Source: Eledone cirrhosa
Taxonomy: Eukaryota
NCBI GenBank assembly: GCA_964016885.1
Contig: OZ024741.1
Coordinates: 388,306,001 to 388,370,000, forward strand
Direction of reading: 5' to 3'
DNA: 64,000 nt
The notes beneath the pieces are model-generated. The model was not told where the DNA came from and searched no databases. It saw nothing but the letters and a program-made list of their open reading frames with translations. The position numbers and the translations under genes were made by a program. Positions 41,210 to 55,158 of the stretch are shown here, piece after piece (position 1 is the stretch's first letter; every line of letters starts with the position of its first letter).

Positions 41210-44200
41210 AGTACATTCCCCCCTCCCGTCCCCACATGCCACCATTACTATTTAGTCCAATCATAATTCAGCGGCTTATAATATGTTTCTCTTACCAATC
41301 TCTTTCACAAAACCACCGCCTCGGCTATTACTCCTTAAGTTTAGACCGGGTTGTTTTTTGATATGCTAGATGGACTACAGGATTTGGAGAGTCTGAAGAA
41401 TGTGAACACTCAATGTCAATGTCAAAGATAAAGATAAATTTACCTCCGGCAAGGACTCCTCTTTATTTCAGACATGGATGGCTAACATAACCCCATCTCC
41501 CACACCCCTCCCTGCGCCTCCAACCCATCCCATCCACCCACCCAACGAAATCCAAAACTTCAGAGTTGGTACCATGAATGTAGGCACCTTAAAAGGTGAC
41601 TACATAATTATTGCTGGTGACCTAAATGGTCATGCTGGACAACATTGTAATTGCTATGACGGAATCCATGGAGGCTATGGGTTTGGTACCAGAAATAAGG
41701 AAGGCTTCAGAATCCTGGAATTCTGTGACGCAAATAACCTAACTATCTGTAAGACAAACTTCAAAAAACGAGACAATCACTTGATCACTTATAGATCAGG
41801 GGAACATACCAGTCAGATAGATTGTATCCTTACCAGAGGACGTGATAGAGTGTCTGTCATAAACACTAAATCCCTCCCCCATGAATAATGCACCTCCCAA
41901 CATAGCCTCATAGTTAGGGACCTCATAGTCAGGACTAGATGTACTCGACAACAGAGGAGGACTACCCTGAGGAGAAAAATATGGAAGTTAAAGGACCCCA
42001 CAGCCAGTAACAAATTTAAAAGCATATTACTTGATGCTTTTGACAGTAAGGAAGAGCAATTAGAGACGTACAATATAGAGATTCAGTGGGAATTCCTGAA
42101 ATTTAACCTGCTGAAGGCAACAGATGAAATAAATATGTGGCTGGAGCAGACCTATAGGCAGGAGGAGAGTAACTTGGTGGTGGAACAGTAAGGTGGAGAA
42201 GTCAATCAAGGCCAAAAAGCAGGCTTGGAAAGTATGGTGGGATGGGGGGAAGTAGAGAACACTATCAAGTGGCCAGGAGAGAAGCTAGGAGACAAATGTA
42301 CTTTGCAAGAAGGGAAGCAAAGGAAAGAAAGTTCAAGCATGTTCTACAACGCGACAACCAAAAACGTGAGGTGTCAGGATTGCAAGACAATGTGTCAAGG
42401 AAAATCGTGATATTGTTGGGGAGAAGTGTGTCTGTAATGATGGTGGTGTACTTGCCATCACTGATGCTGATAAGAAGGTAGCTTGGAAGTGTCACAAGAG
42501 ACTTCTAAATGAGGAGAATAAATGGGAAAAAGACAGTCTCCCCCACATCGATCCAATAGAGGGACCAGCAGTGTTAGTCGAAGGTAGTTTAATAAGTAAG
42601 GCAATCAAAGATATGAAGACAGGCAAGGCAGCTGGACCTTCGGAGATAGTTGCTGAAATGCTGAAAGCATCTGGAATGATGGGACACACTATGGTCACTC
42701 GGATAGTAAGCCAAGTCATACAGAAGGGGGTCATACCAAATGACTGGCGTAGCAGCATCATCATTAACTGCTACAAGGGTAAAGGAGATGCCCTAGATAG
42801 GGGAAACTATAGAGGCATTAAATTAATTGACTAGGTTATGAAGGTCACAGAAAGAGTTATAGTGCAACTAATCAGAGAACGAATTGATCTAGATGAAATG
42901 CAATTTGAGTTTGTGTCAGGTAAAAGTACCACAGACGCTCTTTTCCTTGTACGACAACTACAGGAGAAGTACCTAGCTAAAAGTAAACCCCTATACTTAG
43001 CTTTTGTTGACTTGGAGAAAGCCTTTGACAGAGTCCCCCACTCCATTACCTGGTGGGCTCTTAGAAAACTAGGTGTTGATGAATGGCTTGTGAGAGCTAT
43101 ACAAGCCATGTATAAAGAAACAGTCAGCAAGGTTAGAATTAACAACGAATATAGTGAAGAATTTAGCGTAAAAGTTGGTGTTCATCAAGGCTCTGTCATA
43201 AGCCCCCTCCTATTTATTATTACTCTTCAGAGGAGTTCAAGACCGGCTGCCCATGGGAACTTCTATATGCAGATGATCTAATTCTCATAGCTGAATCGAT
43301 GGCTGAACTACAGAAGAAATTCCAAACATGGAAGCATGGTCTAGATTCAAAAGGCCTTAAAGTTAACTTGTCTAAGACTAAAGTTCTAGTATGTAGAAAG
43401 GAAAATAGGGCACAGGTACCCTCTGGGAAATGGCCATGCTCAGTGTGTAGAAAAGGAGTAGGCAGAAATTCCATTTTATGTCCCAAATGCAAACTATGGG
43501 TACATAAAAGATGTAGTGGGATCACAGGTAAGCTATCTAAGAATGTAGATTTCATATGGGGCCGATGCTCAGGTGCAATAAGTAGCAAGTGCCCACAGGA
43601 TACTAGCTCCTTCTATTGCCCAGATGGTTCTATAGAAATAGTGGACACCTTCTGTTACCTGGGTGACAAAATCAGCAGTGGTGGAGCTTATACCACTATT
43701 GGCCACTAAAGGTTTCTCTCTAAAAACGAAAGGCAGATTGTATGATGCCTGTATACGAACAGCAATGTTACATGGTAGTGAGACATGGGCATTGTGTACA
43801 GAGGATCTGCACAGACTGGAGAGGAACGAAGCATCCATGCTCCGTTGGATGTATATTAGTAATATACGCGAACGGCAATCCATAAATGAACTAAGTGGGA
43901 AATTAGGAATAAGAGGGATCAGATGCTGTTTACTCGAGAGAAGGCTACGTTGATAAAGTCATGTGATGACAAGTGCAGAGCGATCAAAATTGATGGAAGT
44001 TACGGAGTAGGTAGACCCAGAAAAACCTGAAACGATTTGATAAAATCTGACCTCACACACTTACACCTCTCCAAGACAATGTCACTGGACCGAGAGATTT
44101 GGCGCTATGCAGTAATACAGAAGACCCGCCTTGCCTATGTACAAAGCGAAACCTACAGTCAGTAGGCACCTCTTAACCAAATATACACCCATCCCACTAC

Positions 44201-44553
44201 CCCCACCCCATCCACACCACTCCCACCAACACCACCCTTTCTCTGTAAAGTTATGTTGGTACCACAACATCCAGTCAGAAATAAATGAGGTCGTGTAGGT
44301 GTCACGACAAAAACACACAGTCCACTCTGTAATGTGGCCGTGTAGGTAACACGGTAAAACATTCCCAGTCCACACTGTAAATGTGGTTCGTGTTAGGAAG
44401 GGCATCCAGCCGTAGAAAACCTGCCAGACAGTCCTATACGAGCGAGACATGGTCACCCGACCAATCTTGCCCCAAGTAGGACAATTCCCGTCTAAACCCA
44501 AGCTAGCGTGGAAGATAGACGTTAAACGATGATGATGATGATGATGATGATGA
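41210..44553 (+). mobile_element. Near full-length degraded RTE-clade LINE (APE + RT), same group as 19001-21438
   Basis: FRVGTMNVGTLKG, AGDLNGH, SQIDCIL, NYRGIKL, AFVDLEKAFD, GVHQGS, YADD, FCYLG, MLHGSETW, with many stops and frameshifts. (GAT)n tail at 44528-44553. Confidence 0.95.
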
Positions 44554-45039
44554 TTGTCTGTTTTTATAGTGGTATGTGTGTGTGTGTGTGTGTGTGCACG
44601 TATGTATGTTTTTTAGTTTGTTTGTTAGTCACAGGTCTTTATGTAGTGGGTAGAGGGGCTATTTTTGGAAAATATGTGTATGAATAATTTCTTTTTTATT
44701 TTGTGGTGTGTTCGTGTGTGCACGTGTGCATGCGCATGAGAGAGAGAGAGTGCATATGCATATGTGTATTTTTTACACACACACACACATATATATATAT
44801 ACACACAAGTGTGTATGTGTGCAAATGTATCGATCTGACATATATATATATATACACATATATATATATATATATATACATACACATATATACATATTTA
44901 TATAAATACACACACATATATATATCATCATCATCATCATCATTTTACGTCCAGTTTTCCCTGCTTGCAAGGGTGGGATGGGAACTGATTCTGGCTTGAT
45001 TTCTACAGCTGGATGCCCTTCCTAACACCAACCTCCCAG

Positions 45040-45108
<69 letters not shown>

Positions 45109-45109
45109 T

Positions 45110-45478
45110 ATGAAAGACGTAAAATAAGAGAATTATGAAAATTGACTTACTTACTAAAATTTCACCCCAACTAATTAGTTTCTGTAAGGGAATAAATATG
45201 GTTACGTAACGTAGTCATAGAGAAATCTTACGTCATCAGGGAGTCTATTCTCAGCTAAGTTCCTAGGCAATGCGTGGACACAAGGAACTCATATAAAAAT
45301 AATTCAATGGATGGAAAAAAGCGAGCGGGGACTAAATTCCAGGACATTGAAAAAATTCACTGCCTACTTGGTCAGTGGCAAATTCGAAAGAATCAATCAC
45401 GTGACAACTAATTAGTTGGAGTGAAATTTTAGTAAGTAAGTCAATTTTCATAATTCTCTTATTTTACGTCTTTCATAT
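45110..45478 (-). mobile_element. About 370-bp fold-back unit with about 70-bp near-perfect inverted arms, adjacent to (TA)n
   Basis: 45110-45180 is the reverse complement of 45406-45477 with 1 mismatch seen. No coding capacity. Confidence 0.85.
45164..45244 (-). ncRNA. Type I hammerhead ribozyme motif
   Basis: ACTCC-CTGATGA-C-GTAAG..CTTAC-A-GAAAC TAATTA GTT-GGGGT (GGAGT in the inverted arm). Stem III is the palindrome AACTAATTAGTT. Confidence 0.75.
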
Positions 45479-47677
45479 AATTGTTCTGCATCCCCTTGCA
45501 TTGAACTACAAAGTTACTAAGACTAAACCTATATATTTGCTAGCATAGGTATGCATCTGTATACATATGTTGGTAGATATACTAATTCTTTATATATATA
45601 TATAGTAATAATAATAAATTTGAAGACTAAAATCCAAAGAGGGCTCGATAAGGATAAATATATATATATATATACATATATGTGTGTGTGTGTGTGTGTG
45701 TATTTATATTCAACGATGCTAAGTGTATTCAGAAAGGAAATTATTCAAAGAACAAAAGTATCTGATAATGTAAATATTTTATAATTAATTTGGTATGTTA
45801 ATATTCAATATCACAAAAATTTCTGAAGAGTTGCTGAACTGATTATTAAAATGTTGGCATTCCCCAGTGTGTACAGGTATTTGTAGATCTTTGTGATTAT
45901 ATGTTGCGAAACTGTGAACACCCACATAGAGATGCACATAGAGATATGAGGAAAGCCTTTGGCTTGGATCTTCATCAAAAGCAAGAGATCTTATGAATAT
46001 TAAATTCATATATTGATGTAAGATTTGAACATGTATATTACAACATTTTGGGGAATAAATGTTTGTATTACGGGTTAAATTATAAGAGCAAAATGTTGTC
46101 AAAAGGTTACTTCACTCAACTGTAATAGATAACGTGTTCCTTGAGCATAAATCCTGGATTTATCCTAATTCCTTAAACCCATTTTTATCACAGTATGTAG
46201 TCTGAATGTCATTGGTCAATCTGCTAGAAATAACAGCCAAATTTCTCTCAGGTCACATCCTAATATCTTTAAAAAAGGATACATTTGATTTCTTACATCT
46301 GAATTAGACAGCAAATTGGCAATCATTAGAATGTTTGGATAGAATGCTTTACAGTATTTGTTTTGGCTCTCTACTCTTTGATTTCAAATCCCACCGAGGT
46401 TAACTTTGCCTTTCATCCTTTTGAGGTTAATAAAAAAGTACCAGTCAGTATTGGGATCGATTCTTCCTCTATATCTCTTTCTCACTTCCTTTCTCTCACT
46501 TTCTATCCTTCTCTGGAAGAAGTCTGCAATACTCAGGCTCAGAAGACTACAAGTTTAAAATGTCCAAGAAATGCTGTATGTTAATATAGTGCCCCTATGA
46601 CTCCATCATGAGTTACCAGACTATATCATGCCATACCATTTTATTTAAAGATGGGATGGTCACAGCTGAAACATATTTTCCCATAGGTTCATTCAATTAG
46701 AACTGACATAGAATGAAACAACAACAATATCCTCCCTGATGCAAATGAATAGCAAAACGGAGTGGGTTTAGTGGACGCAGTATTTAAAATTAATGAATTC
46801 CATTGACATTAGGGCTTTCACTGATTAAAGCTTATCAGATAAATATTGATTAATGCTATTTAGATTTATTGGTAATCAAATGTCAATTGATTATTGGCAA
46901 TCCAAGAACACTGGGTTATTATTTATTGGCAATCCAAGACCAGTCACAGGTACAAAATTTAAAGTTATTTGATTAGAGTTTATTCTCTAAATTCCATTTT
47001 CTTTGAGAAAATTAAGGAAACCTGAGCAGGTTCATAATCAATATAAATTTTTGAAGTTGTAGTGCTATAGCTAACTGGTTCTGAAAATGTGGACAATTGT
47101 CCCACTCACACAACCACTTGCTCAACCACTCTCTCAGCCAATCGAAAATAAAATTTAGACACACACTGTAGACTGTTACTTAGATACTAGATACATAATT
47201 CTAATACTTCCATCTGTTATAATTCAATGAGGGAAACTTATATCAATTCTGACTAACCCTTTTGACAACAATCTGCCTGAAACTGCACTGGTTCTATGAT
47301 ATGAAACTATATTTTAAAGTGTTTATATTTATTTAAAAACCTTCCATTATAATTTTATGTACGAACCTTTGTTAAGTTATGTTCTAAACAACAACTGGTT
47401 GGTGTTAGGAAGGACATACAGCTTTAGAAACCAAGCCAAAATACAGATCCTTATCAGCAAGACATGATCACCTGACCTGAATTATTTCATAACATGACAA
47501 CCTACCATAAAAAATGAACGTTAAATGATGATGATAATGAAATTTATTCATTGCCATAACATTATGTCATTATGTTAAGCATTTCAATTAGGTCTTCAAT
47601 TTTATTCCATAGTTAAGGTTGTTGAATACATAACACTTAAAACCCATTTTGTGACAAGCCGAATATTATTATTAAAG

Positions 47678-47820
47678 CATAGAGTTACCTCCCTGTATGA
47701 TCTGAGTTCAAATCCCGCCGAGGTTAACTTTGCCTTTCATCCTTCCGGGGTCGATAGAATAAAGTACTAGTAATGCATTGGGTAATTGCTGGCCTTGTGC
47801 CAAAAGTAGAAACAATTATT
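47678..47820 (+). mobile_element. SINE family A, 5'-truncated
   Basis: GAGTTCAAATCCCGCCGAGGTTAACTTTGCCTTTCATCC..GGCCTTGTGCC. Confidence 0.85.
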
Positions 47821-48401
47821 AATCTTAGAATGTTCAGTATAACTTATTCCAGTAGTAAGTACAGAAGGAAGGAAGTCGAGCAACAAGATCCCAGATCTCA
47901 TTCACTTATCGAGTTGACCAAGGAAACAATGTTTCTATTGGTCTTTCCATTGCTGATACTATCTACTATAACATGAAATAAAGTGTCTTGCTCAAAGACA
48001 TAATGCATTGCCTGGTCTGGGAATTGAACTCACAACCTCACAATTGCAAATCTAATTCTCTAACCACTAAGCCACCTGCCACCACAGTAAACCACCACTA
48101 AATACTACCATCTATATTGTGGAAGGTATATAACTCTTAACAACCTGTAATGATTTATTGGAAAATATCTAAAAATGGGTGTATTAATTCAAATGCTTAT
48201 AGTATCATTACAAGTGGACAGATTGTTGTGAAAATTTGCAGAAAACTGAAGTAAAGACTTTAATTTTTAATGTAATGCAGTCATAGTGCTGTTTACTACT
48301 TTTTAAGAATGTCTTGCTATTGTGGTTTCATGTGGTACAGGACATTAACTCTTCTGATAATGAATTGCCTCTGATTTATCGAAAAACCTTCCATTATATT
48401 T

Positions 48402-48582
48402 ATTGGCAGTATCGGTAGAGGGTTGGATGCCATGCTTTCTAGCATAGTTACGTCCCTTTACAGTCTGAGTTCAAATCCCGCCGAGGTTAACTTTGCCTTT
48501 CATCCTTACGGGGTCGATAAAATAAAGTACCAGTAATGTACTGGGTAATTGCTGGCCTTGTGTATAAAGTAGAAACAATTAT
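48402..48582 (+). mobile_element. SINE family A, full length, apparently nested in a TTAA-flanked MITE (about 48345-48922)
   Basis: TTGGCAGTATCGGTAGAG head, B-box and tail. Flanks show TTAACTCTT.. and ..AGGGGTTAA. Confidence 0.8.
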
Positions 48583-49934
48583 ATTTTTATGTAAGAACCT
48601 TTATTAAGTGATGTTTCAAACTTGACAATGGAGAAATTACCATATATTCATGAATATAAGCTGAGGAATATGTGACCAAAATATATTCAGGGTCAATATT
48701 TTGACAATTTTTACTAACTTCAAATTTTACATAGATAAGGTATGGATTTTTAGCCATTTCTCAAATATAAAATAGTGGGGTCAGCTTATATTTATATTGG
48801 CTTATATTCGAGTATATACAGTAGTTGTTTCATTAAATAATTTTAAATTGCTTATTATTTCAAAATTATTTAAAACGCATAGACAGGGTATTTCATTAGA
48901 AATATGGTAAGGAAGGGGTTAAAATTTATGGTTGTTGAAAGCATAGCATTTAGAATTGCTTCAACTGCTGTTGTTCTCCTCAACTAACTTATTCTGTTGA
49001 GCAAATGTTTTCATAATCTAATTACCAAACAATCAAAACTGAAACCATAAGAATCTATAACTCCCAAAGACTTCTTTGCTCATTTCATTACGCAGTTATT
49101 GCATACCTAAAGCAGACAAGAACTGCACGTGTATTCACACATGTTATATCCAACAGCAATTCCAGAGTATTTCTTTTTCCTGAATAATTCTCTAGTTCTA
49201 ATTAGTTAATCTATTTTGTACTAGTGATGCAATTAACTGCAAAGCAAATTTCCTGCAGTGATGTTTTTATGACAATGTTTGGTGCTCTATTTTTTTTTCA
49301 GGATGGTAGGTGTGTATGGGAGGTATTTTTGTAGTTGATGTTGGTGTTTGTGTTGTAGTGTTGTTAAAAAATTAAAATAAAGAAAACAAGTTATAATGCT
49401 GAAGGATGAAAGAAAAGGAAAAGAGAAATGCTTTTAAAAGGTTTTCATGTCTTTAGCAATTATAACTAATTTAAATAATTGTTAATTCTAATTTATTCAG
49501 TTTTTCGAAATTTCTTGAAAAGTTCTTTAAGTACTGTAAAATATTATTTCTTTACTAGTAGGAGTATCTTTAGGCTATGCTACTAATACAGCTCTAAGCT
49601 ACTTTATATTTATACTCTATTGCCTACAAACTTTTATAAACACACTATAATGTCATTTAACATTTCCATTACCATGTTTCTAATGAAAGACAGACTATTA
49701 TTTACAAAATAATTTGGAGGTTTTTCATAATATAATTAACTTTCTTCTTATTTAGCTGGGGTTTGGAGCATAGCTAAATAAAGGTTCTTACATAAAAATA
49801 TCATGGAAGATTTTTTAGATACAGTTTAAAACAAAACAGTTTTGAATTAAAGAACCTTCAGGCAGCTTGAAAAGGTTTACTATATAACTGTATAACTGTA
49901 TAACATTTATGAGCACATTATACTGTCAGCTGGT

Positions 49935-50215
49935 GTGGAGATGCATGGCTTGTGGTATGGGTGTTTGACTCATTATTATGTTGTGGGTTCAATTCCTGGA
50001 CTGGGGTGTGTGTTGTGTTCTTGAGAAAAACACTTCAGTTCACATTGTTTCAGTGTACTCAGCTGAAAATAAGTACCAACAATAGCTGGAGGCTAAACCC
50101 TGTGATGGACTGGTGACCTGTCCAGTGGGGAAGTCTTGCACTCTTAGTCACTTTACTCCATGAAAACTAGGATAAGCACCAGCCCGATGAGCCTCTGGGC
50201 TCCAGACAGACTTTT
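49935..50215 (+). mobile_element. SINE family B
   Basis: B-box GGGTTCAATTCC. Body and tail match 15558-15835. Confidence 0.8.
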
Positions 50216-51138
50216 TAAAATACATAGTTATTAAGTTTATAAGACAATGTTCAAACTTACCGTAATATTCAGTATATGTTGTAGAACCTCAGAAATGTTA
50301 ATGGAACACTGGTGTTCCTTGGAACTTATTTTCGGAAACATTGTTTTACACCATATATATTCTTCACTATTCTACTTTCCCTCTCAACTCTCTTATTCTT
50401 TTACTGGCTTCAGTTATTAGACTGTAACCATGCTCGGGCACCCCCTTATTTTAGTTAATCATATTGACTCCAATATTCATTTTTTCAGGACAACTGTTAA
50501 AAAAACACACACACATGATGGGCTTCTGCAGTTTCCATCTGCCAAGTTTCACTCATAAGGCATTGGTCAACTGTTTATTCTCAGCTGAAGGTTCATCAGG
50601 CCGGTGCTTATCCTTGGCGTTAAGTAACTGAGAATACAACTCTCCTTGGATAGAATGCTGGTCTATTGTAGGTTTAACTCCCCAACTACTGCTGGTACTT
50701 ACTCTCAGCTGAGTGTACTGGAGCAACATGAAATAAAGAACACAATTCAGTAGCCTATCTAGGAATCGAACCAATGACATTATGATTGTATGTCAAGTAT
50801 CCTAACCATTAGGCTATAATAGAAGACACACGTCAGAGGTGCCATGCTGTGAGATTGAACTCAAAACCACATGGTTACAAAGCAATTATTTTAACCACAC
50901 AGTCACACCTACATCTATTATTGTGGCTTTCTTTTTTTTTCTGCTTGGATAAAGACATTGAAGTCTTCGGTGTTTCCTTGTGAGGAACTGGTACAGGAAA
51001 ACATCAGGGAATCCATTCAATATGTTACACCACTACCAAGATATTGATTCTTATCTCATAGCTTTATTTATGAGATGACATTGCTAAACTGCATGAATAC
51101 TACTTGTTTGATAGACTATGCTGTCAGACAGAAATAAA

Positions 51139-51184
<46 letters not shown>

Positions 51185-51185
<1 letters not shown>

Positions 51186-54100
51186 GCAGTTGCATTTATC
51201 TTGCTTTATGTTCATACGAGTTATCACCAAGTCACAACCAGTGACCTCAAGAGACAACAAGGTCCGCCATGTTCAAGAAAGAACACACACACACACATGC
51301 ATCTTTAGGTGTTTAGACTTGTGATGTATTTATATTGACAGAATCTTCCTTAGTATATGGGCAGTTCCCATTAGTACTATCTTTTGTATTTCTCCTATAC
51401 TCCATTTCCTGGGATTTGCGATAAGTAATCATTAGACCCCTTAGGTATCATTCCTAGAGCGCCTACAACCACTGGTATTGTTTTAGTTCTCAATTTCTAC
51501 ATTTTTCTAATTTCTATCTCCAGGTCCTTATACTTGCTCAATTTTTAAAATGTTTTTATAGATATATTCTTGTCTATTGGACCGGACATATTAATTAGCA
51601 GGCATACCCTCTTTTTAAAGTCCTTCAGTATTTTATCAGGTCTATTTGCATCTATTTTTTGGTCTGTTTGGATGCTAAAGTTCCACAAGATTGAGATGTG
51701 ATCTTTTTCAAGTACAGGAGGTGGTTGATGTTCCCACCAATTCTTTTGATGGGGCAGGTCAAAATGCTTACACATTATCCAATGTATGTATTGTGCAGCT
51801 CTGTTGTGCCTGTTTAGGAATTCGGTTGGAGCTATAGGACTGCACATTGAAATTATATGATCAATGGTCTCTGGTTGTTTTTTACATACACGGCATAATG
51901 GGTTGCATCCATTTTTTATTATGTTGGCTTGATAATTTTTTGTTGGCAGACACTGATCTTGTGCTGATATAATCAGTCCTTCAGTCTCCGATTTCAGTCC
52001 AGAAGATGCCAACCACTGATGGGTTAAAGTTTTGTCAACATCAGGATTGTTAGCTCTTTCTGGGTATTTTCCATACAGAGGCTTTTACCTGATTTGCTTT
52101 TTCTGTTTTCCATTTCAGCAGTAAATGGGACTTCTGAAATTTATAGTCCATTATTGTATCTTTGTGCATCTTTTATAATGGAGTATGATCTTTTGATGCT
52201 TTCATGTTTCAAAACGAGTTTGATCATCCAATCATGTGATTCCCTTAGATATGTAGATAATCCAATTGTTGCAGTTTTCAAAGCAATATCTAACTGGATT
52301 AATCCATGTCCTCCTTCTTTCCTAGCGAGATATATTCTATCTGTATCTGCCTTAGGGTGATGCATTCTGTGCATGGTTAAACATTTTCTAATTTTTGTAT
52401 TGAGCCTACGGATCTCTGTGCTTGACCAGTTGATGACATTGTAACTGTAGGTTACTACTGGTATGGCAAGCATGTTTATGGCATCGATCCTGTTCCTTGC
52501 ATACAATTCTGTTCTTAAGATTGCTCTTACTCTGCGGTAACATTCCTTCCTTATCCTTTCCCTCATTGTCGAGTGCTTGATTCCATCTCCTTCACAAACA
52601 CCTAGATATTTGTAAGTTTCTTCTTGATCAAGTTCTCTTATCACATTCTTCCGATCAAGATTAATGTCTGAACTTTTCAGCAGCTTTCCTCTGGTGAACG
52701 CGGCTTTGGCGCATTTATCTAGTCCAAACTCCATTTTAATGTCATCACTGAACTGCTTCACAGTGCAATTGCTCATCATTTTTTGCAAATAGTTTCATGT
52801 CATCCATGTAGAACAAGTAAGTGCTTAATTGTTTGGTTTTGTCATAGACTTTATATCCATGTTTTGTTTCATTGAGCATTTTACTTAATGGTATAAGTGC
52901 GATGCAGAATAAAAGCGGTGATAAAGAGTCACTCTGAAAAATTCCACAATTAATATTAACTTCTCCAGCTTCCAGTGATTTTTTTTCACTATTCAAAAGG
53001 AGTGTCGTTTTCCATGTCTTCATACTGAATGATAGGAACCTCCTGACAACGGGAGATATTTTGAAAATCTCTAAACATTTTTCAACCAACTGTGTGGCAA
53101 ACTATCGAATGCTTTTTTGTAATCTATCCAAGCAATTGATAGATTTTTGTGTCTATTATGACAATCTTCCAGTATCATTATGTTAACCAAAAGCTGATCT
53201 TTACAGCCATATGAGCCTCGTTTCTGCTCATGGGAAATCATTTGTTATCAGGTGGTCATATGTATATTCAGTTAGGACTGATGTTAAAATTTTATACATT
53301 GTGGTCAAGCAAGTTATTGGTCTGTAATTTTTGGGATTGTTTGTCTCATCATTCTTCAGAAGAAGGAATGTAATGCCATTAACTAGCCATGATGGTATCT
53401 TTTCTGGCTCCTTAACCATTTCATTGTAAAGTTGGGCTAACAGCTCATGAGCCTCTGTGAAGGCATTTATCCAAAAATTTGGTATTTTGTCTTTTCCTGG
53501 GATTTCCATTTGCTGTTTTTTCTAAGAGCTAAACGCAACTGTTCAACTGTTATATTTTCCCATGTTTGTTCCTCAAGGTGAGCTGTATCTTTCATTTGTA
53601 TGTCTATCCATGGGGCATATATATTATGAACTTTTTCTTCGGCCCAGATCTTTTCCCAGAATTCTTGCACTTCCTCCTTGGGTGGTATTGATTTAGCAGT
53701 TATTGTTGACTTACCAATTTTTCTGTAGAAGTTTCTTTGGTTGGTTTTGAACATATTATTGTCCTTATAGAATCTAGATCATTTTTCAAAGCGCCTTATA
53801 CGAGCAGCTTTGGCCGACACTTTTTGCTTGATTGTTTCTATCAGCATGTCTATGTCACTTGTTGATTTTATACTGTATTTTCTTTTCAATTTTCTAAGTT
53901 TAGTTTGTTTAACATGTTCACCTACTATGTAGTTTGTTAAAATTTCTATATCAGATCGGAGAAGGTTTATTTGGTGATTGATGTTCTCTTACCAAGTAGG
54001 TTTCTTGTGGGAATTCCTTTGTTTTTTCATTTTCACTCCACATAAGTGAGTGGTGACTTTAGCCGATGCATAATAGAGATGATTTAAATCAGTAATGTTT

Positions 54101-54594
54101 AGTTTGTTTGTGATGATAATCTTTTTGAGAATTATGTTAGTCTTGTGTACTATCCTTTGGTTCTGTTTGGAGTTCTGGATCTTAGGGAGAGTGTCTCGCT
54201 CCCCCATGTCAGATTCTTTCATTTTCATCCATTCGATCATAATTTCATTCTTCAAATTGGTGAATTCATTCACATTCATTTCTTTATCATTGACAATCTC
54301 ATTATTTTCATTTGGAGTTTCATCTTGAGTATACACTCCCTCCACTTTTTGATCCTTTCTTTAATTTATTCTGCTGTCAGTGATTCCGCCCCAACCCTGG
54401 GATTCAAAGTGTTACAATTTACCTCGTTTTCACTGACCCATGTTTCATTTTCCCTTCACTGATTTTGTGCTAATTGCTTGATCTGATCAATTTCTATATC
54501 AGCTAGTAACTTTTTCTTAACAATATTTCTTTGTATATTGGCTAGTTTGTTACTGTCAATATAGCCTCTGTTTTGGGGATGTTTCTTTTTCCAT
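51185..54594 (-). mobile_element. R4/Dong-like non-LTR retrotransposon (RT + CCHC + restriction-like endonuclease), degraded
   Basis: NYRPITCL, WIDYKKAFDS, GIFQSDSLSPLLF, FYMDD, YKYLG, CRVC..ETIDHIISMC, RHN, NRPD. Both ends abut (TAA)n tracts. Confidence 0.92.
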
Positions 54595-54618
54595 ATTATT
54601 ATTATTATTATTATTATT

Positions 54619-55158
54619 GTTCTTTGAGTCTCAGTCATTGATGTTATTTAACTGGAAAGTTTGTTGAAATGAATATCAAGCCGCTACCTGCAGCCTCAGA
54701 TATTCAGGACGTATCGGAGGGTTCTTGCTGTTCCCAGCAAGCATGCCTTTTGAAGTGTTCCAAAAAACGGGGCTGGACTAATCTTCTTTAACCATCCTTG
54801 GAAACTCTTTGAGATAGTACCTAGTACGCCTATGAAATTCGGGACGACCTTGATTTCATGGCAGTTCCAAATCCTTTTTAACTCCCACTTTAAGTCCTAG
54901 TATCGATTAATTTTCTCCCTCTCCTTTTCTTGCACTCTTGTGTCAAATGGGCAGGCTACATCTGCAATCAGGCACAATCTTTTTTCCTTGTTAAAAACCA
55001 CCAGGTCAGGCCTATTGTGTTCTAATTTCTTGTCCGTCTGAATCCTAAAATCCCATAGCACCTTCACCTGATCGTTTTCTATCACCGACTCTGGCTTATG
55101 CTCATACCACTTCTCAGAATGTGGTAAATTGTTTACTTTGCATAGGTGCCAGTGGATC
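54619..55158 (-). mobile_element. 5'-truncated second R4/Dong-like family copy
   Basis: IHWHLCK..WYEHKPE..LWDFRIQTDKKLEHNRPDLVV..LIADVACPFD..EKINRY. Flanked by (ATT)n on both sides. Confidence 0.9.
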
